Below, piece after piece: positions 19,164 to 27,864 of a DNA stretch of 64,000 bases; the stretch's first letter is position 1, and every line of letters starts with the position of its first letter. The position numbers and the translations under genes are program-made. The DNA is from a bacterium (GTDB lineage: Bacteria; Patescibacteriota; Gracilibacteria; Peribacterales; Peribacteraceae), in contig JAQBVR010000003.1 of NCBI GenBank assembly GCA_027623015.1, positions 2,197-66,196 on the forward strand, given 5' to 3'. The notes under the pieces were generated by a model, which saw nothing but the letters and a program-made list of their open reading frames with translations, was not told the DNA's origin and made no database searches.

Positions 19164-19373
19164 TTATTGCAGAGCCGTATGGTATGCACGGTTGGTTACA
19201 GTGCAACCTAGTGCCATGAGCACTTTTTGCAGCTTGTGACTTTCAGGGTTCTTTCGCCCTGCAGTAATGTACACGTGCATAGATTCACAGTTACTGACGA
19301 TGCTCTCTGCGGCCTGTTGGATGTTTAGATTCTTCATGTCCGTAAGTGTACATTCGTACACCCCCCTTTGCAA
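19164..19373 (-). CDS. small hypothetical protein
   Basis: 69-aa ORF downstream of the small lipoprotein gene; no motif. Confidence 0.3.
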   Translation of the reverse strand: MQRGVYECTLTDMKNLNIQQAAESIVSNCESMHVYITAGRKNPESHKLQKVLMALGCTVTNRAYHTALQ

Positions 19374-19410
19374 TGGCTAAGGGTTACTTCCACTTTACAA
19401 AGTCACCTCT

Positions 19411-19569
19411 TTAGAGGTCTGCACCATTTGAACCGTCCTCTACAGAGTCACCCATTGGCGCTGGCGTTGGCTCTAGTTCTTCAGATGGTGTTGGTAGTGG
19501 ACTCGGTCCTTGTGCACTACATGCGGCGAGAGCGAGAGTTGCGATGAATGTGATGAGATTCTTTTTCAT
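19411..19569 (-). CDS. small Pro/acidic lipoprotein (52 aa; not in ORF track)
   Basis: Manual translation MKKNLITFIATLALAACSAQGPSPLPTPSEELEPTPAPMGDSVEDGSNGADL; lipobox LAAC. Confidence 0.75.
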   Translation of the reverse strand: MKKNLITFIATLALAACSAQGPSPLPTPSEELEPTPAPMGDSVEDGSNGADL

Positions 19570-19721
19570 AGTTCGTACTTTATCTTTTTTTGTTACTCGT
19601 TACTAGTTACTCTTTACTAGATATTGGAATTTGGGTTTTGTGATTTGGAATTTCTACCCGAGTACCTCTATTGTTCATCAAACCTTTACAGAGTAATCAG
19701 TGCTAACGCATACTTATTCCC

Positions 19722-20351
19722 TTGGTTTACTTTCTTGTTACATCGTTGGCGTTTGCAACTATTGCACTTCCTCAATCTACATCAGCACTGTCGTATATTC
19801 AAACTGGAGGAGGGTATCCGTATACGGATATCTATTCAGAAGATGGCTATCCAGTGTATGAAACACCGTATGTCAAAGTGGTAGATGAAACACGAGGAGG
19901 GTACAGGTACTCCGATGACCGATACTACAACAGTGCTCCAAATAGGAATAATCAGTACAACTATAGTTCACAGAATAATGACCAGTATTACGACTCTGAT
20001 TACTCTCGTGGATCTCTTTCGCAGTCGCAGAAGGCAAGTAGGTGGCCACGGTACTATGAAAGTCCAAGTAAGCCCCTTGCTCCCTATCATGTCACTTCAG
20101 ATAGATACATCCAGTATTTGAATGATAGGCAAGAGCAGTACAGGTATTACCCATACGAAGAGACGCATCCTTACTTTCCTCAAAAGTACTACCACCAGTA
20201 CGATGACCCGCACTTCTATCGTAAGAAGTTACTCAATACGGAGTACAGAGAACGTATGCGCAACACATACGATGGGAATAACTCGTATGACAACTACGAC
20301 TCATACTTCTACGATGATGGACACCAGCGGTTGAACCGTTACGGACATTAG
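19722..20351 (+). CDS. secreted Tyr-rich low-complexity protein
   Basis: Signal-peptide-like N-terminus, then Y/D/N/R-rich sequence; start uncertain (TTG). Confidence 0.7.
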   Translation: MVYFLVTSLAFATIALPQSTSALSYIQTGGGYPYTDIYSEDGYPVYETPYVKVVDETRGGYRYSDDRYYNSAPNRNNQYNYSSQNNDQYYDSDYSRGSLSQSQKASRWPRYYESPSKPLAPYHVTSDRYIQYLNDRQEQYRYYPYEETHPYFPQKYYHQYDDPHFYRKKLLNTEYRERMRNTYDGNNSYDNYDSYFYDDGHQRLNRYGH

Positions 20352-20410
20352 AAATAACACCTCCGAACGCAAGGGAACGGAGCATTACCGATCGACTGTC
20401 GCCAGTCGAA

Positions 20411-20605
20411 TCAAGGATGGGGGTGGTCTGCTCTTGGTGGTGCTGGAACCGTCATTGTGCTGTAGATGCCCATTTTTGGGAGCGCGATGCCAATCATCCA
20501 CAATGCACCTAGCGGTATCATTACCAACATAACTATGCAGACGCATATCCGAATCGCGATACACATCTCTCTGCGATCCAGTGCTTCTCTCTCTGCATCA
20601 TGCAT
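20411..20605 (-). CDS. small single-TM protein
   Basis: 64 aa with hydrophobic segment; purine-rich GGAGGAAAGGA upstream. Confidence 0.55.
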   Translation of the reverse strand: MHDAEREALDRREMCIAIRICVCIVMLVMIPLGALWMIGIALPKMGIYSTMTVPAPPRADHPHP

Positions 20606-20771
20606 GAGAGAATCCTTTCCTCCCCCCTAGGAGGAGTGGAGTGTCTGGTTACTACGCTTGGCCAGACGATGAGCATATCGTACCACTTGAGTAAATGCTG
20701 TATATGAAAATGCCTCCGCTTGTGAAGGGGCGGAGGCATTCTCTCTGACAGTCTTATGGCAGCAGTTTTCC

Positions 20772-21464
20772 TCAACGTGAGGAGAGTTGTAGAGGACTGA
20801 TTTTGAACGAAACGTTGTTTCCTTCCACCACGGGGTAGGAAGGAACGCATGCTGTGCTGTACATCCGTGCGGGCTTTTCCACCATATGGTGTTGTCCGCA
20901 GATTCTGTTCGCACACTCGATCTGGTATTCGTCCATGTCTCCTGTGCACGTTGCCGTGTACAGGCCATCTTCGATCTTGAACGACGTGATTCGACTCCGA
21001 AACTTTTCGTCCATGTCCAATTCTTCAGTGTTAAAGGTTAGTGTGAGACTGTCTTCTTTTTCATTGAATCTCACATTGGAGACTGTGGCCCGCTTTCCCA
21101 TCAATTTGAGCCATTCTCCGCAGAGTTGTTGCGAAAAGAACAGCTCTCCGACACATGGTGGGCCAGAGAATGTGACGTTTATGAGACTCTTGGTTTTGTC
21201 CTCGATAGTGATGTGCATGACTGACGTCAGTCGCGGACTTGTTTTTGCGATCAGAGCTACTGGTTGAGCAGTAGGTTCCTCCTCCTCCGGTTTTGCTTGA
21301 ATTACAAAATATTGTCCGATAAGGATGAGGATAGCCAAGCCGCCAGCGATGAATTCTTTGGCAGTTCGGCTAAGTCCGCTTCTTCTTCCATTCCTAATGA
21401 TCTCTTCTGTAGATGGACTAGTCAAGATACGTTCTCCTTTGGGTTGAGGTGAGGTCCGTTCCAC
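20772..21464 (-). CDS. membrane-anchored hypothetical protein with several Cys
   Basis: TM segment FIAGGLAILILIGQYFVI followed by a beta-rich domain. Confidence 0.65.
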   Translation of the reverse strand: MERTSPQPKGERILTSPSTEEIIRNGRRSGLSRTAKEFIAGGLAILILIGQYFVIQAKPEEEEPTAQPVALIAKTSPRLTSVMHITIEDKTKSLINVTFSGPPCVGELFFSQQLCGEWLKLMGKRATVSNVRFNEKEDSLTLTFNTEELDMDEKFRSRITSFKIEDGLYTATCTGDMDEYQIECANRICGQHHMVEKPARMYSTACVPSYPVVEGNNVSFKISPLQLSSR

Positions 21465-21714
21465 GGACCGTGATGTGTAATGTGAAGTGGTAGCAACTTA
21501 TATTCTGTGAATACAAATAGCTACCACCTCTTTGCTGCCGAATCTGTCAAAGAGCGTTCTCTCTTTTACAAAGAAAGAGGGACAAATTATCGCGTTGTGT
21601 TTACATGTGGTCAAATACTTGAAAGGATAAAAGTTTTTAGAGAACGAATAATTATCCCTATGAGGATAGTAAAACTGTATTGACTCTTGGCTGTACGAAG
21701 CGCAAAATCCCCCT

Positions 21715-22026
21715 ATGGGTGTTGGAAATGTGAATAAATTATTTGGCGATTATGATAATCGTCACAAAATGCCAAAAAATCTTGGGGACAATCCAGTCTC
21801 TGGAGTGGAATCAGGTAAAGCAACAACCCTAGCTCTTCTCTTAATGAAAAATGGAGTTTATGTTAGCATGGCTGGCGCACTAGCTATTTCACAATCTTTA
21901 ACAGCGCAAGGAGTAGGCACTATCCGCAATAAGCCAGCGGATGAACTTGGTCGCAATGATCCATGTCCTTGTGGATGTGGCAAGAAGGTAAAGAAGTGCA
22001 AAGTGGACAGCGTTGATGCCGCATAG
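21715..22026 (+). CDS. SEC-C motif protein
   Basis: C-terminal GRNDPCPCGCGKKVKKC. Confidence 0.75.
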   Translation: MGVGNVNKLFGDYDNRHKMPKNLGDNPVSGVESGKATTLALLLMKNGVYVSMAGALAISQSLTAQGVGTIRNKPADELGRNDPCPCGCGKKVKKCKVDSVDAA

Positions 22027-22046
22027 TATTTTTCAGATATTAAACA

Positions 22047-22132
22047 TCCTTCGTCAGGCGCTTCCTCCTCCGCCCAACCGTCGCTAAAGCTATGGTCGGC
22101 ATGCAAGGCTACGGACGACACGCAGGATGACA
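22047..22132. repeat. three-level nested REP-like palindromes
   Basis: TCCTTCGTCAGGC..[CCTCCG[CCCAACCGTCGCTAAAGCTATGGTCGGCATG]CAAGGCTACGGACGACACG]CAGGATGACA; each layer resembles uninterrupted units elsewhere (34077, 35730, 27695). Confidence 0.7.
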
Positions 22133-22385
22133 CTCTAGAATTGAATGTATTAAACAAAACCGCCCATCCTACGCACTCGTTATGCTCGTGGCTTCTGACG
22201 GCAGGACCATTTACGCATATTAAACAAAACCGCCAACCAATATAATCGGAAGACGGTGTTTGTGTTGGTCATTGATCTTGAGAAGCAAGCTTCTTTCCAA
22301 CCGACGACATACTTAGTATAGCAAATTTGACCTACTTTTACAAGTACGAAATTCCTAAAATTGTATTAAGTGGCTTATGGTAGCC

Positions 22386-22419
22386 AAAAAAATGATCTCG
22401 CCCTGTGGGGGGAGCGAGA
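22386..22419 (-). terminator. intrinsic terminator
   Basis: Minus strand TCTCGCTCCCCCCACAGGGCGAGA hairpin followed by a T run. Confidence 0.6.
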
Positions 22420-22432
22420 CCAAATGTGTTCG

Positions 22433-22564
22433 TTATGTGCATCTCAGCACTTCCAGGCACTTCCAGATTCCGAACCCCATGCAACCGATCCAGACGAGAC
22501 CGATCATGACGAGGATGAAAATTTCTGTACCTGAGAGCGGGGTGCGACGATCCTTTTGATTCAC
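22433..22564 (-). CDS. small single-TM protein (43 aa; not in ORF track)
   Basis: GTG start after AAGGAG; MNQKDRRTPLSGTEIFILVMIGLVWIGCMGFGIWKCLEVLRCT; followed by terminator. Confidence 0.6.
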   Translation of the reverse strand: MNQKDRRTPLSGTEIFILVMIGLVWIGCMGFGIWKCLEVLRCT

Positions 22565-22687
22565 GCGAAGACTCCTTTTCAACGAACAGCGAAAAACGCC
22601 TATGGCCGCCAATCGGCCGCAGGACTAGCGCAACATGCCAGATCTTCCGAATATAAGCAATGGTTGTGAGCGAATTTTGGTTAGTTC

Positions 22688-23953
22688 TTACGCCTTGATT
22701 CCTGGAACAGGGAATCCTCTGCAGAATTCGATGACTTCGCTATGGAGCTGCTCGATAGCGCTGTTATCTTCTTTAGCTTCGATAGCTCTCAACATGAAGT
22801 CCGTAAGTATATCCATCTCAGGCTCTTTCATGCCACGTGTGGTGATAGCAGGAGTACCAAAGCGGATACCAGAAGGGTCCATAGGCTTACGTGGGTCGTC
22901 TGCGATCATGTTCTTGTTGAGGGTGATGCCAACTCTATCGAGGAGTGTCTCTGCTTCTTGCCCCGTAATGCCCCATGACTTTACACAGTCGATCATCATG
23001 AGGTGATTGTCTGTACCGTTGGTGATGAGTTTAGCGCCGTTTTCCATGAACCTGTGTGCCATACGTTGAGAGTTCTTGATGATCTGGTGGGCGTAGTCTT
23101 TGAACTCTGGCTTGAGTGCTTCCCCAAATGCTACAGCCTTAGCTGCGACCATCTGCATGATGGGTCCTCCTTGGAACCCTGGGAAGATAGACTTGTCCAT
23201 CTTCTTACCGAGTGCGAGTTCACGACAGAGGATCATACCTCCACGTGGACCACGTAGACTCTTGTGCGTTGTCGTAGTGATGACATCAAAACCATCATCA
23301 AAAGGATTGCGCAGTGCACCTCCAGCAATCATACCAGCGATGTGTGCCATGTCTGCCACGGTGTATGCGCCGACTTCGTCTGCGATAGCCTTCATCTTTG
23401 CGTAGTCTAGCTCGCGTGGGTAGGCGGAGAATCCTGCGAGGATGATCTTTGGTTTTTCACGGAGTGCAACTTCGCGCATCTCATCGTAGTCGATCTCTCC
23501 AGTCTCTACGTCTTTCATCTTATAGCGTACGAAGTTGAAGATCTTTGTGATGTATGTAACAGGGTGACCGTGTGTTAGGTGGCCTCCATGACTCAAGTCC
23601 ATGCCCATCACCGTGTCTCCTGGTTCGAGGAGAGCGAAATACATACCGATATTTGCTGGTGCTCCAGCATGTGGTTGTACGTTGGCATGTTCACAGTTAA
23701 AGAGTTTTGTTGCTCGTTCTATAGCGATGGATTCTACGCAGTCTGTGTATTCCTGTCCGCCGTAGTACCTCTTGCCTGGGTATCCTTCGGAGTATTTGTT
23801 ATTGAATACACTCGCCATCACTTCCATGACAGCAGGGGATATGTAGTTCTCGGACGGTATCAGCTCTACTCCATCTCGTTGTCTATCCATCTCTCCCATA
23901 AGCGCATTGTAAATTGCAGGGTCTTCTGCTTGGAGAGCGTCGTAGATAGGCAT
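22688..23953 (-). CDS. glyA: serine hydroxymethyltransferase
   Basis: LIPSENY, YSEGYPGKRYYGG, GGHLTHG, TTTHKSLRGPRGG, SGIRFGT. Confidence 0.98.
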   Translation of the reverse strand: MPIYDALQAEDPAIYNALMGEMDRQRDGVELIPSENYISPAVMEVMASVFNNKYSEGYPGKRYYGGQEYTDCVESIAIERATKLFNCEHANVQPHAGAPANIGMYFALLEPGDTVMGMDLSHGGHLTHGHPVTYITKIFNFVRYKMKDVETGEIDYDEMREVALREKPKIILAGFSAYPRELDYAKMKAIADEVGAYTVADMAHIAGMIAGGALRNPFDDGFDVITTTTHKSLRGPRGGMILCRELALGKKMDKSIFPGFQGGPIMQMVAAKAVAFGEALKPEFKDYAHQIIKNSQRMAHRFMENGAKLITNGTDNHLMMIDCVKSWGITGQEAETLLDRVGITLNKNMIADDPRKPMDPSGIRFGTPAITTRGMKEPEMDILTDFMLRAIEAKEDNSAIEQLHSEVIEFCRGFPVPGIKA

Positions 23954-24110
23954 AGGTTTCGATGGAGAAAAGAAATGAAACGTTTGTCTGTAACTATTGT
24001 CTAATGTTTGTTACTACTTTTCAATTTTTCTGGGTACTTTCTTCAGATTGTTCTGTGTTCTGTGTTTTGGGTTATGAGTTATACGTTCAAATTAAAGCAC
24101 AACACAGAAC

Positions 24111-24689
24111 TCATAACTCAGAACAATTCAGTATTCCTCGTGCTGTGATGAGTTTATCCATTACTTCATCATGCGGTTCGCTGGGGACCTCATTCATCAC
24201 CTGACATTCGAGGGCGATGCCCCAATACTGTGTGTCTGGATTGCGTACACGTTGCTTTTTGATCCAGCGATCGTAGCCTGCATTACCCCTGCCCATACGG
24301 TTTCCTGTTCTATCGAATGCTCTTCCGGGGATCAGGATGATATCTGCATTCATCGGATCTAGCTCCTCTTCACTAAGTGGTGGTTCTTGTATACCTAACT
24401 CTCCTTTGATGAGTGGAGTGTCTTTGGTAAATCTACGATAGACCAATTTATTTTCGTACACAGGGAGATATATCTCTTGCCCTCGAGCAAGAAGCTCTTC
24501 AAGTAATAGCGTGAGATTCACTTCAGTCTTTAACGCGATATATGCACAGATAGTTTTTCCGTCTGGTATAGCTTTGAGTAGTTCACGACAAACCGTCCGA
24601 CTTTCTGCATTGCGCTCTTTGTCACTTAAGCTTTTGAGCCTGTGTTCTATGGCACTGCGTAGCTCGTTCTTCTGGTCGCTAATGTGCAT
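24111..24689 (-). CDS. 5-formyltetrahydrofolate cyclo-ligase
   Basis: KNELR, IPGRAFDRTGNRMGRGNAGYDR, EPHDEVMD. Confidence 0.9.
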   Translation of the reverse strand: MHISDQKNELRSAIEHRLKSLSDKERNAESRTVCRELLKAIPDGKTICAYIALKTEVNLTLLLEELLARGQEIYLPVYENKLVYRRFTKDTPLIKGELGIQEPPLSEEELDPMNADIILIPGRAFDRTGNRMGRGNAGYDRWIKKQRVRNPDTQYWGIALECQVMNEVPSEPHDEVMDKLITARGILNCSEL

Positions 24690-24693
24690 AGTA

Positions 24694-25278
24694 TTACAGG
24701 CGTTGTGTAAGTCGTGCCAGTTCAGCATCTACTGCAGCAGAGATACTATCGAATCCTGTATCAACTTTCTTATCATTTACAAAGAATGAAGGTGTGCCAG
24801 CAACCTCAGCTTTACGGCCCATTTCATAATCTGCAAGAACGGTGTCTCTTTTTGCATGAGACTTCATACATTTGCCGAATGCTGCTAAATCGAGATTGAG
24901 TTCTTCAGCCCATGCATCTAATACATCGAGACTTAGGTCTTTTTGGTTTTCAAATGCGATATCGACGAATTCCCAAAATTTGCCTTGGTCCGCTGCACAC
25001 TCACTTGCTTCAGAGGCATCAAGCGCATATCGGTGGATGGAACGCAGAGGAAAGTGCATGTGTACAAGCGCGATACTATTTCCATATTTCTCTAGGAGCG
25101 GAGCGGTGATAGATTTATGCGCTGCACTACAAGCTGGGCACTGAAGGTCAGCATATTCTGTTATGACAACTGCAGCATTTGGATTTCCTTTTGGTGTCCT
25201 ACTGGATATGTCAGATGAAGAGTCCGAACATGCAGATAGGAGCAAAAGAGCTATTGTAAGGTGAAGGTAGTGTTTCAT
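24694..25278 (-). CDS. DsbA/BdbD-like thiol-disulfide oxidoreductase lipoprotein
   Basis: Lipobox LSAC; EYADLQCPAC, HFPL, GTPSFFVN. Confidence 0.9.
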   Translation of the reverse strand: MKHYLHLTIALLLLSACSDSSSDISSRTPKGNPNAAVVITEYADLQCPACSAAHKSITAPLLEKYGNSIALVHMHFPLRSIHRYALDASEASECAADQGKFWEFVDIAFENQKDLSLDVLDAWAEELNLDLAAFGKCMKSHAKRDTVLADYEMGRKAEVAGTPSFFVNDKKVDTGFDSISAAVDAELARLTQRL

Positions 25279-25348
25279 AGTACATCTAGCGTGACAGTTT
25301 ATTTGGTGTTTGGCAATGATGTATGTAAGTTTTGTTATAGTGTTTCTA

Positions 25349-25432
25349 AAAAGGGGGCAAAAGGGTCCAAAGATACCAAGGTGAATTTGCGTAACACCTT
25401 GTCCCCATTGGTCCCCTTGGCGCCTTTGACAC
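25349..25432. repeat. inverted pair of 9-mer tandem arrays
   Basis: AAGGGGGCAAAAGGGTCCAAAGATACCAAGG ... CCTTGTCCCCATTGGTCCCCTTGGCGCCTTTGACACC; related pair at 34208-34280. Confidence 0.65.
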
Positions 25433-25454
25433 CGTGTGCTACACTTTTCTCCTT

Positions 25455-26960
25455 ATGAGCTTATACGGTAAATACCGGCCCCAGATTTTTGCAGATGTTG
25501 TTGGACAAGATCACATTGTTACCACTTTAGAGCAGGCTGCAAGCCAAGATAAACTTGCTCATGCTTATTTATTTGCGGGAAGTAGAGGTACAGGAAAAAC
25601 ATCTGTAGCGAGGATTCTTGCTAAGATTATTATGGCTCGAGACATCGAAGACACTGTGCTCAAAAAACAGATCATTTCTGGCGTAGAAAATGGTAGCATC
25701 GTCGATCTACTTGAAATAGATGCAGCAAGTAATCGTAGTATAGATCATATCCGTGACATTGTGGAGAAGATCCAATTTTCTCCTATTGTGGCGAAGTCCA
25801 AGGTCTACATCATTGACGAAGTACATATGCTTACGAAAGAGGCATTTAATGCATTGCTCAAGACACTCGAAGAGCCACCACCGTATGCATATTTCATTTT
25901 AGCTACGACGGAGATAAACAAGATTCCTACGACTATCCAATCACGATGCCAGTGTTTTCCATTTCGTCGTATTCGTGAGGACGACATCATCCGTCGATTG
26001 CAGTACATATCAGACCAAGAGCATATTAGTATAGACCGTGAAGCTCTGCGTGCGGTAGCCAGCTATGTAGAAGGGGGAATGCGCGATGCTATCTCTTTGC
26101 TAGACCAGATGCGTACATTGGAAAAGATCACGACTAAAGATGTTGAGCAACGTATTGGTAGCACAGGACATGAGTATGTTGCGTCTGTTTTTACAGCTAT
26201 CGAGTCTCAAGATACGGCAGCCCTTCTCCAGACTGTGCGCAAGATCGAAGATGCAGGCGTGTCTATGGATGTATTTCTCCGTCAATTACTGACTATCATT
26301 CGAAAACAACTTCATGAAACTGTAGCTAACAAGAAGTCTACAAAAGACATCGTGTACATTCTCGACGTACTTCTGAAAGCTATTGTTGATGTGCGAATTG
26401 CACCAGTGCCTGGGCTGGTTCTCGAGACTGCATTACTCTCATTGTGTTTGCGTGGTGTTGGAAAAGATGTGTTGCCTCTTAAAGATCAAAAGGAAATAAG
26501 GGATCCAAAAGACCAAGAGGAAACTGTAACAGATGCAGATGAGGAACATATAAGATACAAGATGCAAGATACAAGACCTAAAGAAGAATGTATTGAATCA
26601 AAAGAGGTAGATATCAAAAGTGAATTGCCAATTATCGAAGCGCGCGAACTCAGTATGGATACATTGCAGGAAGCATGGGAAGACATCGTCAGAGACGTGA
26701 CTCCTGCATCTGTAAAGATGTCGCTCAAAAATGCGAAAATTCTTTCACTTGAAGATTCGAAAGTGACTATTGCATTTACATCAGCCTTTCATCGCGATAC
26801 GGTTGCAAAAGACAATGCGAGCATTCGCGTAGAAGAGGTAATGGAAAAACTCTTCAAACGTGCTCTGCGCATAGAGTGCGTTATTGATGCCGATGAAGGT
26901 TCCCTTGACGTAGCAGAAGAGAACGTCAGTCTCGCGGACGCAGCAGCAGAGGTTTTTTAG
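25455..26960 (+). CDS. dnaX: DNA polymerase III subunit gamma/tau
   Basis: KYRPQIF, GSRGTGKTS, EIDAAS, IIDEVHML, LKTLEEPP, SRC, GGMRDA. Confidence 0.96.
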   Translation: MSLYGKYRPQIFADVVGQDHIVTTLEQAASQDKLAHAYLFAGSRGTGKTSVARILAKIIMARDIEDTVLKKQIISGVENGSIVDLLEIDAASNRSIDHIRDIVEKIQFSPIVAKSKVYIIDEVHMLTKEAFNALLKTLEEPPPYAYFILATTEINKIPTTIQSRCQCFPFRRIREDDIIRRLQYISDQEHISIDREALRAVASYVEGGMRDAISLLDQMRTLEKITTKDVEQRIGSTGHEYVASVFTAIESQDTAALLQTVRKIEDAGVSMDVFLRQLLTIIRKQLHETVANKKSTKDIVYILDVLLKAIVDVRIAPVPGLVLETALLSLCLRGVGKDVLPLKDQKEIRDPKDQEETVTDADEEHIRYKMQDTRPKEECIESKEVDIKSELPIIEARELSMDTLQEAWEDIVRDVTPASVKMSLKNAKILSLEDSKVTIAFTSAFHRDTVAKDNASIRVEEVMEKLFKRALRIECVIDADEGSLDVAEENVSLADAAAEVF

Positions 26961-27031
26961 AATCAAAAGGACTTAAAAGACCAAGAGGATCTAAAGAAAT
27001 TAATACATCTTCCTTTTAGTCCTATATGTCT

Positions 27032-27601
27032 TTAGTTAGAGAGTTGTGCGAAGCCCCAGAGGCGTTCGAGGTCGTTGTCCCATAATACAAGAGTGCGTAT
27101 ACCATCTTTCATCGGGACTTTGTAACTCTGCATGCCATACGGAGATTGTAGCACTCCTATATCTATAGCAGTGTCATCTGGGAATTCTACATCACGAGGA
27201 TCTACTACTGTCGTCATGTATATATGCAAGTTTGGCCCTGGAGTCGTTTCGAATATTGTATCAAAATACACTACATCATCGAGATAGATAATATCTCCTT
27301 TTGCAAATTCATTGATACCTATGGTTGATCCTTCCATACCATCTCGTTGTCGCTTTCGTGTGTCGCGTGCTTTTTCAAGCCATTTTGTTCTTGTCTTCTC
27401 TACGACAGCCGCTTTTGCTTCATCTTCAAGGAGTGGATCGTTTTGGATCTTGAGTTCTACGACTCTATCTACCATCTCTTCTGCGTAGCGCTCTGCGAAG
27501 AGGGGGTTCTTGAGTAGATCGTCTAGTTGGATGCTCGCAGCACTATTACTTTGTCCACAAGCAGTGAGGAGGATACTGGATAGAAGGATGAGTTTTTTCA
27601 T
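27032..27601 (-). CDS. lipoprotein with C-terminal DM13-like domain
   Basis: MKKLILLSSILLTAC lipobox; GPNLHIY...DIGVL...QSYKVP...VLWD...WGFAQL. Confidence 0.75.
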   Translation of the reverse strand: MKKLILLSSILLTACGQSNSAASIQLDDLLKNPLFAERYAEEMVDRVVELKIQNDPLLEDEAKAAVVEKTRTKWLEKARDTRKRQRDGMEGSTIGINEFAKGDIIYLDDVVYFDTIFETTPGPNLHIYMTTVVDPRDVEFPDDTAIDIGVLQSPYGMQSYKVPMKDGIRTLVLWDNDLERLWGFAQLSN

Positions 27602-27682
27602 AGATTGGATTGTAGGGAAACTGGCTCTTGGAGCAAGGGGATTCTTGGCTTTTCTTTCTGTTTTGTTTCCCCTATCTCTAAA

Positions 27683-27845
27683 CCTCTCCCTCACCAGCCG
27701 TCGCCTCTGGGCTATGGCTGGCAGGCGGGGAGAGGGGAATGTTTATGTTTTTTTAGTTTTAGCTCAACTGATCACTAATAATGGCTACGTAACAGCCTCT
27801 CCTTTCTCCACTTGGGAGAAAGGGATAGGCATTGAGGGAGAGAGC
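27683..27845. repeat. CCTCTCCC/GGGAGAGG REP-like pair with GCTATGG-family insert
   Basis: CCTCTCCCTCA[CCAGCCGTCGCCTCTGGGCTATGGCTGGCAGG]CGGGGAGAGGGG; second hairpin CCTTTCTCC-ACTTG-GGAGAAAGG. Confidence 0.7.
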
Positions 27846-27864
27846 AAGCTGATTTATCCTCTTT

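Noticed and set aside
22037..22235. TATTAAACA(AAACCGCC) direct repeats as a mini CRISPR array
   Set aside because: Only 2-3 short copies, unequal spacing, spacers are REP-like units, and no cas genes
24689..24730. 6S RNA upstream of the 5-FCL gene
   Set aside because: The DsbA-like gene ends 4 nt upstream, leaving no room
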